Origin: a virus
Length of the DNA stretch: 64,000 bases
Virus record (IMG/VR): IMGVR_UViG_3300010397_000004
Location: 1-64,000 of that record
Direction: 5' to 3' (one strand)
Positions 55,300 to 63,922 of this stretch are shown here, one piece after another. A program made the position numbers and the translations under genes. A model generated the notes under the pieces. It ran no database searches. It was given only the letters and a program-made list of their open reading frames with translations, and was not told where the DNA came from. Within the stretch, counting starts at the first letter, position 1. Every line of letters begins with the position of its first letter.

Positions 55300-56190
55300 A
55301 TGATTGACGGCAAGCGGGTGGTGGCGTGGACACCGTTCGGGCGGGAACGGTCGGTGAGCATTTTGACCGAGTACCTGCGCCGCGACCACGAACGCGGCAT
55401 CGTCGACGAGCACTGGTTGTTCATGAACACCGACGTGGCCGGGCAGGAGTCCGACATCGCGTACGCGTATGGGTTGGCGGCCCGGCACCCCGGGTGGGTG
55501 CGGATCGTGGAACGGCCGCCGGGGGAGCCGTACCGCACGCCGAAGCAGCGCAACACCGGCCTGGCGTACCGGTACATGACCGACCCTGACACGGTGTACG
55601 TGCGCCTGGACGACGACATCATCTACGTGCACGAGGACGCGATCGGGCGGCTGGCCAAGGCGAAGCTGGAGATGCGGCCCACGTTGTGCTGCCACGCGAT
55701 GATGTGGAACAACGCGATCACGTCGTGGTACCTGCAGCAGGCCGGGGTGATCCCGTTCGAGTTCGACACCGGCGGGTCGGCGCCGCTGCGGATGGAGGTG
55801 GGGTCGCCGTTCTGCATGGACCCGGTCGGGTGGGCGTCGGGTGACTTCGCGGTGGCGATCCACGAACTGCTGCTCGGCTGGCTGGACGCCGGCGAACCGC
55901 AGCGGGCGTTCCTGTACCAGGACATGCCGTTGCAGCTGGGGCAGCAGTTCTCCGTGTCGGCGTTCGCTTCGCTCGGTGCGGACTACGCGGCGCTGCCGCG
56001 GCCGGGTGTGCTGGAGCCGGACGAGGAGGAGCACTGGCACACGGTGCACCAGCCGCGGGTGATCGGGGCGCCGAACATCATCGTGGGGAACGCCCTGGTG
56101 TCGCACTACACGTTCGGGCCGCAGCAGCGGGCGGTGTTGGCCACCGACATCCTGGACCGGTACCGGGCCCTGGCCGGGAAGCTCACGTGA
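55300..56190 (+). CDS. Putative GT-A glycosyltransferase
   Basis: TPFGR..YVRLDDDIIY (DxD) ..VSHYTFGPQ. Confidence 0.65.
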   Translation: MIDGKRVVAWTPFGRERSVSILTEYLRRDHERGIVDEHWLFMNTDVAGQESDIAYAYGLAARHPGWVRIVERPPGEPYRTPKQRNTGLAYRYMTDPDTVYVRLDDDIIYVHEDAIGRLAKAKLEMRPTLCCHAMMWNNAITSWYLQQAGVIPFEFDTGGSAPLRMEVGSPFCMDPVGWASGDFAVAIHELLLGWLDAGEPQRAFLYQDMPLQLGQQFSVSAFASLGADYAALPRPGVLEPDEEEHWHTVHQPRVIGAPNIIVGNALVSHYTFGPQQRAVLATDILDRYRALAGKLT

Positions 56191-56909
56191 GCGGGATGAA
56201 GGTCGGGGTGGTCATCCCCGCCCACAACGCCCAACCGTTCATCGAAACGCTGCTGGCCACGGTGAACGCCCAGACGTACCCGTGCGCTGCGTACATTGTG
56301 GACGACGCGTCCACCGACGGGCTGGCCGCGTTCTTGAAGGCGCGGCCGTCGTGGTGGCGGCGGTTCGAACGGTCCGAGCAGCGGCGCGGCTGGCCGGCCG
56401 CGCTGAACTTCGCCGCCAACCTGGCCATCCTCGACGGCTGCGACGCCCTGTTCTACTGCGCCGCCGATGACTTCCTGCGCCTGGACTGCATCGAACGGTG
56501 TGTGCGGGCGCTGGCCCGCCACGACTGGGTGGTGCCGTACGCCCAGCAGATCGGCGGCGAGAACGTGGTCCAGGCGTCCCGGGCCGGCGCCACCCTGGCC
56601 GACTTCGCCCTGTGGCCCCCGGTCATCGACCACGCCCTCATCCACACCCACGTGTGGCAGGCCGTGCGCGGGTACGCCACCGACGTCACCGTGCCCGGAT
56701 CGTGGGGTGCCGCGGAGGACTGGGACTTCTGGATCCGGGTCCTCAAGGCCGGGTACGGCGACTACGGGGTGATCGAGGAGCCGCTGTACTACCACCGGGT
56801 CCACCCCGGTCAGCTGTCCCGCGGCCGGGCCGCCATCCACCAGCAGACGGTGGAACTGCTCGCCGCGAAGCACCCCGACGTGTTCGCCCCCGACCCTGAT
56901 GAGGAGTAG
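56187..56909 (+). CDS. Glycosyltransferase family 2
   Basis: VVIPAHN, IVDDASTD, ADD, EDWDFWIR, YHRVH. Confidence 0.9.
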   Translation: MSGMKVGVVIPAHNAQPFIETLLATVNAQTYPCAAYIVDDASTDGLAAFLKARPSWWRRFERSEQRRGWPAALNFAANLAILDGCDALFYCAADDFLRLDCIERCVRALARHDWVVPYAQQIGGENVVQASRAGATLADFALWPPVIDHALIHTHVWQAVRGYATDVTVPGSWGAAEDWDFWIRVLKAGYGDYGVIEEPLYYHRVHPGQLSRGRAAIHQQTVELLAAKHPDVFAPDPDEE

Positions 56910-56912
56910 CGC

Positions 56913-57170
56913 ATGCCAGGACCACAACGACGCCCCCACCAGCAGCAGCAGCGGGCCGGGGTGCCGGTCGTCATCGACCCGGCCGAGGTGATGCAGAACC
57001 TGCACGGCCAGTACGCCGACGTGGTGGCCAACCTGATGCAGGAGAACGCCGAGCTCACCGCGGCGCTGCGCACCACCGCCCAGGAACGCGACGAGTGGAA
57101 GGCCAAGGCCGACGCGGCCCGGGCCGCCGCCGGCGTGGCCCCGATGGCGTTGCCAGGGGGCGGCGGCTGA
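56913..57170 (+). CDS. Small coiled-coil protein
   Basis: GAGGAG RBS; VANLMQENAELTAAL. Confidence 0.55.
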   Translation: MPGPQRRPHQQQQRAGVPVVIDPAEVMQNLHGQYADVVANLMQENAELTAALRTTAQERDEWKAKADAARAAAGVAPMALPGGGG

Positions 57171-57184
57171 CCGGCCCGGCCCGC

Positions 57185-57394
57185 GTGCCCGTCGACGAGT
57201 ACGCCAGCGTCCACGACATCGTCGCGGGCACGGGCCTGTCCGCCCGGGCGGTCCGGCGGCGGGCCCGGGCGGAGGGTTGGCGCACCCGGCCGCTGCGGAC
57301 CGGGCGCCGCGGCCGCCCCGAACTCGGGTACCTGTTCGCGGATGTGCTCGCGTCGTTCGGCGCGTCGGTTGACCCGGCCGACCCGAAGGGGTAA
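57185..57394 (+). CDS. Small HTH DNA-binding protein
   Basis: TGLSARAVRRRARAEGW..GRP..Y..ADV. Confidence 0.5.
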   Translation: MPVDEYASVHDIVAGTGLSARAVRRRARAEGWRTRPLRTGRRGRPELGYLFADVLASFGASVDPADPKG

Positions 57395-57448
57395 ACAAAT
57401 CACCGTATAGTGGTCCGCACCCTGCCAAGGGGAGCCATGCGGGCACGC

Positions 57449-57521
57449 CGCGGTGTGGAGCAGCTGGTAGCTCGCTGGGCCCATAACCCAGAGGTCACCG
57501 GTTCAAATCCGGTCGCCGCAA
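57449..57521 (+). tRNA. tRNA-fMet (CAT), initiator type, with C33
   Basis: Full cloverleaf; C1:A72 mismatch; GGG/CCC anticodon-stem pairs; TTCAAAT T-loop; no complete encoded CCA; TATAGT -10 at 57406. Confidence 0.92.
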
Positions 57522-57600
57522 CCTACCCGTGAAATCGATACCGGTGTCGAGAGACCGAACCGTTCCCCGTGGCGGTGGGGTCAGGGTCGACACACAACAC

Positions 57601-57636
57601 GAAGCCCCCGCCGGGGCCAAGCCCGGCGGGGGCTTC
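57601..57636 (+). terminator. Hairpin after the tRNA
   Basis: gaagcccccgccggg..cccggcgggggcttc. Confidence 0.65.
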
Positions 57637-57664
57637 GCGCATCCACGGAAGGGAGCCGGCCCGT

Positions 57665-58165
57665 ATGGGACTGCAAGGCAAGGTCACCGACTACGGCGAC
57701 CTCCTCCACGTTGAGACCTGGATCGTCAAGGGCCGTCGCGTGGACTTCGTGGCCCACTACGGCGCCGAGACCGACACCGGCCCCGCCGACCGCGTGCCGG
57801 GCACAGGGCCCGCCACACCACCGCCACGAAAGGCAGAACTGATCATGGACCTGCACGAGGACAAGAAGCGCACCCGCACCGCCAGCGCGGTCGACGAATT
57901 CGGTGTCCCGACCACGTTCGACGGCACGATGGCGTACACCGTGGACGACCCGACGCTGGTCAACCTCACCGACAACGGTGACGGTTCCTGCGTCATCGCC
58001 GCCGTCGGCGGCGGCGCGATCGGCGTGGCCAACCTGACGTTCACGGCCACCCCGACCGTGGGCGACCCGGTCGTCCGGGTCGAGGCGATCAACGTCATCC
58101 CGGGCGCCGTGGAGGGCTTCAGCTTCGTCGACGGCGCCGAGGAAGAGGTCACCCCGGACGCCTGA
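57665..58165 (+). CDS. Acidic Ig-like beta-sandwich protein; alternative in-frame start at 57845
   Basis: DEFG..YTVDDP..TDNGDGSC..G.A.LT.TA; RBS before both ATGs. Confidence 0.55.
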   Translation: MGLQGKVTDYGDLLHVETWIVKGRRVDFVAHYGAETDTGPADRVPGTGPATPPPRKAELIMDLHEDKKRTRTASAVDEFGVPTTFDGTMAYTVDDPTLVNLTDNGDGSCVIAAVGGGAIGVANLTFTATPTVGDPVVRVEAINVIPGAVEGFSFVDGAEEEVTPDA

Positions 58166-58238
58166 CCGGCGACCGGCAAACGTTTCCCTGGCCGGCGCGG
58201 CCCCGCCCACCCTCCCGGGTCGGGGCCGTGCCCACCGG

Positions 58239-58697
58239 TCACTTCTTCGAGCAGGTCAGCACGATCGGCTGGTTTGACGCCAGCGTGGTGCCCTCGGCCG
58301 GCTCGACCTTCCTCACGGTCCAGTTCTGAGCCAGGACCACGAACGTGTCGTCCGGGTCGGCCGACCCGTAGACCACGTTCGTGAACCCGAGCCGCTCCAG
58401 CTGGTCGTGCACGATCAACGCATTCCCGCCGACGAGCCCGGTCGGGATCCGCAGCTGCACCGCCGGCGGGGTGGTCGGCGCCGCGAATGTCGGGAACCCG
58501 GTGAACGTAGGCCCCGGCGTGAACGCCGGCAGGGCGCCGTTGCCGGCCCGCCCTACGTAGGCCGTGAACGCCAGCAGTCCGCACAGCAGCAACACGCACC
58601 CGCCCGCGACCAGCCCGATCAGCACCCCGGGGTGGATTTTCGCCCGAGGTGGGCGGGGCGGCGGGACGGTCGGCCACTGCTGCGGCGCCTGGGTCAT
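58239..58697 (-). CDS. Membrane-anchored PASTA-domain protein
   Basis: TM helix; IPTGLVG.N..QLERLGF.NV..NWTV...P..GT..IVLTCSK. Confidence 0.7.
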   Translation of the reverse strand: MTQAPQQWPTVPPPRPPRAKIHPGVLIGLVAGGCVLLLCGLLAFTAYVGRAGNGALPAFTPGPTFTGFPTFAAPTTPPAVQLRIPTGLVGGNALIVHDQLERLGFTNVVYGSADPDDTFVVLAQNWTVRKVEPAEGTTLASNQPIVLTCSKK

Positions 58698-58950
58698 ATC
58701 GGCTCCATGCGGTAACGAGACGACTCCTCGCGGTCGCCTGGCTCGGCCCATCGTGGCCGCCGCGATCGATGGTCACCATCACCCTTTCGGGCCGCGGACC
58801 GCCGCCAGAACGGCGACCCGTTTCCCCACCGTTGTGCCCCGGCCCGCGGGTTCCGCTCCTTGTTGGGGAACGGGAGGCCGCGGGTTCGCGGGCCGGGCGC
58901 ACGCACGCGCCGTTCCCCGATGCACCGTTCCCCAACGGAAGAGATCAACT

Positions 58951-60042
58951 ATGCGGGCCCACTCGATCAACTACCTGAGACGGGACGGGCGCCCGAAAGG
59001 CCACCTCGTCTCCGTCGGCTTCTGGGTCTTCAACGCCCCGCGGCCGCTGCTGCTGTGCCGGCTCCTCGGCCACAAGGCAGTCATCGACGGCGTCGGCGAC
59101 CCCAGCGTCGAGCGCCGGCGGCGCGGCCTGCTGTCCCGGTGGGTGTGCTGCGACCGGTGCGGAGAACGCCCCGAACCGCAGGGCTATCTCAACCCGTTCG
59201 CACCCTGGCACAGGATCGGCCTGCGCTACAGGGGCCGGTTCAACGGCACCCTGCCCGACCGGGACAAGACCACACGGGCCCACACCGAGCTGGTGGCCGA
59301 GCGCCAGTACTCGCCACCGGGGCCGTGGCCCCGGAAACTGACCGGTGAGCTGGGCGGCCAACTCGTCATCGGCGGGGCAGTTCCTTCCGTCGGATTCGGG
59401 GTGAAAGTCGGCCACGGCGGCAGCGAAGAGACCCTGGCCTGCCACCTGCACCTCGGCAAACTCGGCGCCCTGTACCTGCACACCGAGCGCTTCGGGACCT
59501 GGTGGCAGCGCCGCCTCAACCCGGTCGGCTACCACTCGCGCGTCATCGAGGTCGAGGTCGACACCGAGCGCCTGCGATGGCGGCTCTGGGTCAGGCGCGA
59601 CGAGTCGTCCGCATCCACTCCGAAGTGGATGGACGGCAGCGTGCGCATCAACCCGTTCGACCTCACGCTCGGGCCGAAACGGTACGCGTACGAGAACGTC
59701 GGCGACCCCGTGACGGCCACAGTGCGGCTCCCGCACGGCGACGACCACCAGGTCACCCTCCAGCTGCAGCGGGTCCTGTTCGGACGCAAGCGGTGGCGTA
59801 AACGACAGTCATGGGCGGCCGACTGGGACGCGCGCCCCGGCATCGACACCAAACCCCACGGCGGCGCGATCTGGGGCTCCGGCGTGAAGATCACCGATTC
59901 GAGCGGGCGGCGAGACCACGCCGACCCGTACCACGAACACCAGTGGGTCCTCGAAGCGTGCGCGGCCATCGCGGTGCAGATCACCGGGATGCGGACGCGG
60001 TCCGGGTACCACCCGTTCCCCACGGAGAGAACAGATGCCTGA
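58951..60042 (+). CDS. Hypothetical Trp-rich protein
   Basis: 363 aa; CRLLGH..CDRCG motif. Confidence 0.6.
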   Translation: MRAHSINYLRRDGRPKGHLVSVGFWVFNAPRPLLLCRLLGHKAVIDGVGDPSVERRRRGLLSRWVCCDRCGERPEPQGYLNPFAPWHRIGLRYRGRFNGTLPDRDKTTRAHTELVAERQYSPPGPWPRKLTGELGGQLVIGGAVPSVGFGVKVGHGGSEETLACHLHLGKLGALYLHTERFGTWWQRRLNPVGYHSRVIEVEVDTERLRWRLWVRRDESSASTPKWMDGSVRINPFDLTLGPKRYAYENVGDPVTATVRLPHGDDHQVTLQLQRVLFGRKRWRKRQSWAADWDARPGIDTKPHGGAIWGSGVKITDSSGRRDHADPYHEHQWVLEACAAIAVQITGMRTRSGYHPFPTERTDA

Positions 60043-60232
60043 CCTGAGAACAAGGACCAGCGAGCAGCTGCACGACCGGCTCACCGAGATCGAGACCGAG
60101 CTCGGTCATCCGGCGGCCGACGGCCAGCTGTTCGATGACGTGATGCGCCACCTCGCGGACCTGCTCCGCGAGATCGGGCTCATCCACATCGAGCTCGCCC
60201 GCCGCACAGCGACCGGCTGGAGGCCGATGTGA
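60035..60232 (+). CDS. Small helical protein
   Basis: GGAGAG RBS; overlaps both neighbours. Confidence 0.55.
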   Translation: MPDLRTRTSEQLHDRLTEIETELGHPAADGQLFDDVMRHLADLLREIGLIHIELARRTATGWRPM

Positions 60233-61257
60233 AGGTCGCAGTCACCGGCGGCGCCGGCTTCATCGGCGGCCACGTCGTCGACGAGCTCCACGCCCGCGGC
60301 CACCAGGTTCTCATCGTCGACCACCACGGCCGGCGCGGCCACGCCACCGACGACGAGTTCATGCTCGCCGACGTCCGCGACCCTGTCGCCATGGCCGAGG
60401 TCGCCGCCCACGTCGACGGCATCATCCACCTCGCCGCCTGTCTCGGCACCCAGGAGACCATCCGCAACCCGCGGCCCGCCGCCGAAACCAACATCCAGGG
60501 CGGCCTCAACTTCCTGGAAGGGCTCGCCCAGTACAACATCCCGGGTGTCTACATTGGAGTCGGCAACCACTGGATGAACAACAGCTACTCGATCACGAAG
60601 ACGACGATCGAGCGGTTCGTTGCCATGTACAACCAGGAACGCGGTACCCGCTGCAACGTGGTCCGGCTCGTCAACGCATACGGCCCCCGCCAGTCCGTCG
60701 CCCCCCCGTTCGGGCCGGCCAAGGTCAGGAAGATCACACCCGCGTTCGTGTGCCGGGCGCTCACCGGCGCCGACATCGAGGTGTACGGCGACGGCGAGCA
60801 GATCTCCGACATGGTCCACGTCACCGACGGCGCGAAGGCCCTGGTGTCCGCCCTCGAGCACGCCGCCGGCGGCGACGTGTTCGACCGGGCCGTCGAATGC
60901 GGGCCGGTCCAGTCGTGCACCGTCAACGAGGTCGCGCACCGGGTCATCGAGGCCGCGACCGGGTTCGGGTTCGACCCTGTCGACCTGGTCCATCTGCCCA
61001 TGCGACCGGGCGAGGTGCCCGGCGCCCGGGTCACCGCGGACACCTCCACCCTGGCTCTGGTCGGCATGGACCCGGCCAGCCTGGTGCCCCTCGACGCCGG
61101 CATCTCCGACACCGTCGGCTGGTTCATCGAGAACTGGCTCTCCGGCTGGACCGCCGCTCAGCAGAAGGCGACCAGCACCCCGCAGGACCGGTGCGTCCGG
61201 GACAGCGGCGACTGCGGATGGTGCGCCCCGACCTGCCGGCAACTCGCCGCATCATGA
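60229..61257 (+). CDS. NAD-dependent nucleotide-sugar epimerase/dehydratase
   Basis: VTGGAGFIG, IIHLAA, YSITK, NAYGP, YGDGEQ..D.VHV.D. Confidence 0.9.
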   Translation: MKVAVTGGAGFIGGHVVDELHARGHQVLIVDHHGRRGHATDDEFMLADVRDPVAMAEVAAHVDGIIHLAACLGTQETIRNPRPAAETNIQGGLNFLEGLAQYNIPGVYIGVGNHWMNNSYSITKTTIERFVAMYNQERGTRCNVVRLVNAYGPRQSVAPPFGPAKVRKITPAFVCRALTGADIEVYGDGEQISDMVHVTDGAKALVSALEHAAGGDVFDRAVECGPVQSCTVNEVAHRVIEAATGFGFDPVDLVHLPMRPGEVPGARVTADTSTLALVGMDPASLVPLDAGISDTVGWFIENWLSGWTAAQQKATSTPQDRCVRDSGDCGWCAPTCRQLAAS

Positions 61258-61832
61258 CCACCGTCGTCGCCGCCGCCCGGGACGGCCTGGTCGCCATGGC
61301 CGCGGACACCATGGTCAACGTCTACGACCGGCCCGTGCCCGGCGGCGTCTCGAAGATCCTCCGGGTGCCGGCCGGCCGCGGTCAGGTCCTGCTCGGCTGC
61401 GCCGGCTTCGCCGGGATCATCGGCGTGCTCGCCGCCGGTCTACACATCGACGGCGAGCCCGAGGACGACGCGGCCGTCCATCCGTGGGCCCACGCCGTCG
61501 CGCACGCCGTGACCGACCTCGCCGTCGACGCCAAGCTCACCGACGACAGCGGCCGGATGGACGCCCACCTCATCCTCGGATGGCGCGGCCAACTGTGGAC
61601 CCTCGGCCACATGGTCGCCGTGCCCGCACGCGACGGCGTCGCCGCGATCGGGTCCGGGGAAGGCCCGGCCATCGGTGCCCTCGACGCGCTGCTCGAGGTG
61701 GCCGGCCACGAACCGCTCGCCCAACTCGTCGCCCGGGCCGCCCGGATCGCAGCCGCCCGCGACCGGTACTCCGGCGGCCCGCTCGACGTCCACCTCCTGC
61801 CCGGGCCGGACGATGCTGACGCTGCCGGCTGA
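61254..61832 (+). CDS. Ntn-hydrolase, proteasome-beta/HslV-like protease
   Basis: M-TTVVA (N-terminal Thr), AAD, SKI, AG, AIGSG, DRYSGG. Confidence 0.82.
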   Translation: MTTVVAAARDGLVAMAADTMVNVYDRPVPGGVSKILRVPAGRGQVLLGCAGFAGIIGVLAAGLHIDGEPEDDAAVHPWAHAVAHAVTDLAVDAKLTDDSGRMDAHLILGWRGQLWTLGHMVAVPARDGVAAIGSGEGPAIGALDALLEVAGHEPLAQLVARAARIAAARDRYSGGPLDVHLLPGPDDADAAG

Positions 61833-62253
61833 GGCATACGCCGCGGTCCTCGACCACTGCAGCCGGGCCCTACCCGACGAGGCGTGCGGCATCATCGCCG
61901 GCCCGGCCGGCCAGCCCCACGCCGACGTCTCCGCCACCCGGGTCGTCCCGCTGGCCAACGTGGCCGACCGACCCGGCAGCCGGTTCGAGTTCGACCCGAC
62001 CCAGCAATTGGCCGCCTACGACCAGATGGACGCCCTCCGCGAGGACCCGGTCGTCCTCTACCACTCCCACCCGGCCGGGCCGCCCGTACCATCCCCGACC
62101 GACGTGGCGGCCGCCGCCGGCGGAACCTGCCTCTGGCTCATCGTGGCCATGGCCGGCCCCGCCCCGAAAGCCCGGGTGTGGGCCATCGACGGCGACCAGG
62201 TCACCGAGCACGTGCTGCAGATCGTGGACGGCCCCAGTGGACCCCCGGCCTGA
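61813..62253 (+). CDS. JAB/MPN+ (Mov34, Mec-like) metallo-isopeptidase
   Basis: PDEACGII..YHSHP....PSPTD is a complete JAMM motif. Confidence 0.9.
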   Translation: MLTLPAEAYAAVLDHCSRALPDEACGIIAGPAGQPHADVSATRVVPLANVADRPGSRFEFDPTQQLAAYDQMDALREDPVVLYHSHPAGPPVPSPTDVAAAAGGTCLWLIVAMAGPAPKARVWAIDGDQVTEHVLQIVDGPSGPPA

Positions 62254-63901
62254 CAGCTACGACCGGTGGGCCGCCTCGGAAGAGCCGGCCGCGTGGGACG
62301 ACAACCCGTACGCCGACGACGTCGTATTCCCCGAACCGCCCACGTGGGCGCCCACCGCGGTGGACGCCGAAACGTTCGACCCGCAGGCGTACCTCGACCA
62401 GTTCGACCGGGTCCGGCTCGGCTCCGACCCCACCTACCGGCGGGCCGCCACCCGCCGCGACCCGCTTCTATTCGCCCTGGTCTACCTCGACCGGCACCTC
62501 CGCTCCGACGCCACCGCCGGCCAGGTCACCATGGCCGACCCGCACCTCGACTGGTGCCGGCGCGCCCTGGCCTGGCTCACGCCCGTCGTCGAGCCGCGCA
62601 GCCAACGACACGCCGAGATCGCCCCCCGCGAGACCGGCAAGAGCAGTTGGTGGTTCCTGGCCCTGCCCCTGTGGGCGGCCGCGCACGGACACGTGCGGTT
62701 CGTGGTCGCGTTCGCCGACTCGACCGGGCAGGCCGAGACGCACCTGATGACGTTCAAGCGCGAGTTCGAGGTCAACCACCTCCTGCGCGAGGACTACCCC
62801 GACCTGTGCGCCCCGGCGCGCCGCCAGTCCGGCACCACGGTCGCCGACCGCCAAGGCATGATCCACCAGCGCAACGGGTTCTCCTTCGCGGCCAGGGGCA
62901 TCGACAGCGCCAACCTTGGCCTGAAGGTGTCCGAACGGCGCCCGGACGTGATCCTGTTCGACGACGTCGAACCCGACGAGTCCTCGTACAGCGAGCTCCT
63001 GGCAGGGAAGCGGCTCCGCACCATCATCGACGCGGTTCTCCCGATGAACCTCCTCGCCCGGGTCGTCCTCATCGGCACCGTCACCATGCCCGGGTCGATC
63101 GTGCACCAGCTGGTCCGGGCCGCCGCCGGCGACGACACCGAGGACTGGGTTGCCGAGGAACGGTTCGTCGCCCACCACGCACTCCCGATCGTCGTCCGCG
63201 ACGACGGATCCGAGCGCAGCATCTGGCCCGCGAAGTGGCCGATGGAGATGCTCAACGAGATCCGGCACACACGCTCTTATCGAAAGAACTTCGCCAACGA
63301 CCCCATCGGCTCCAACGGCGGGTACTGGACTCTCGACGACTTCGTGTACGGCCAACTCGACGGAGTCGTCGCGGAGATCCTGTCCATCGACCCAGCCGTC
63401 ACCACGAAGAAGACCTCCGACTTCACCGGCCTCGCCATCGTCGGCTTCCAACCATCCACAGTGGAAACCGACAGCCGCACCGGTCGCCGGGCGCAACGCC
63501 CATCGCGGTGCGTGGTCGAGGAGGCATGGGAGGTTCGCCTCACCGGCGACCCGCTACGCACCCACGTGCTGAAGCTGCTCGCCAGGCACCCACGCGTGCG
63601 CGCAGTACTGGTCGAAACCAACCAGGGCGGCGAGAACTGGCACGCCATCCTTCACGACCTGCCCGTGAAACTGCTCACCGTGCACCAGACCGTGAAGAAG
63701 GAAGTCCGGGCCGCGAACTGCCTCAACTTCTACCAGCGGGGCCGGGTGCTCCACGCCAAGAAGCTCGCCCGCCTCGAGGAACAACAGACCGCGTTCCCGA
63801 AGGCCCCGCACGACGACATGGTCGACGCGGTGACCGCGCCGATCCTGCGCCTGCTCGCACCCGGCAAGCCGGGCAAGACCCAGACCGTGTTCCCACGATG
63901 A
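62237..63901 (+). CDS. terL: Terminase large subunit
   Basis: PRETGKS Walker A, ILFDD Walker B, SIDPA, ETNQGG, HDDMVDA. Confidence 0.93.
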   Translation: MDPRPDSYDRWAASEEPAAWDDNPYADDVVFPEPPTWAPTAVDAETFDPQAYLDQFDRVRLGSDPTYRRAATRRDPLLFALVYLDRHLRSDATAGQVTMADPHLDWCRRALAWLTPVVEPRSQRHAEIAPRETGKSSWWFLALPLWAAAHGHVRFVVAFADSTGQAETHLMTFKREFEVNHLLREDYPDLCAPARRQSGTTVADRQGMIHQRNGFSFAARGIDSANLGLKVSERRPDVILFDDVEPDESSYSELLAGKRLRTIIDAVLPMNLLARVVLIGTVTMPGSIVHQLVRAAAGDDTEDWVAEERFVAHHALPIVVRDDGSERSIWPAKWPMEMLNEIRHTRSYRKNFANDPIGSNGGYWTLDDFVYGQLDGVVAEILSIDPAVTTKKTSDFTGLAIVGFQPSTVETDSRTGRRAQRPSRCVVEEAWEVRLTGDPLRTHVLKLLARHPRVRAVLVETNQGGENWHAILHDLPVKLLTVHQTVKKEVRAANCLNFYQRGRVLHAKKLARLEEQQTAFPKAPHDDMVDAVTAPILRLLAPGKPGKTQTVFPR

Positions 63902-63922
63902 CCAGGTAGGGGGGCCATCCAC

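Noticed and set aside
54277-56909. DNA hypermodification (glycosyl-hmC) pathway
   Set aside because: No recognisable TET/JBP, hydroxymethylase or nucleotide kinase in the window; disfavoured but not excluded.
61813-62253. Cysteine-biosynthesis mec-cysO-cysM operon or lambda-type tail protein K
   Set aside because: No sulfur carrier or cysteine synthase nearby, no NlpC domain, and not in the tail module.
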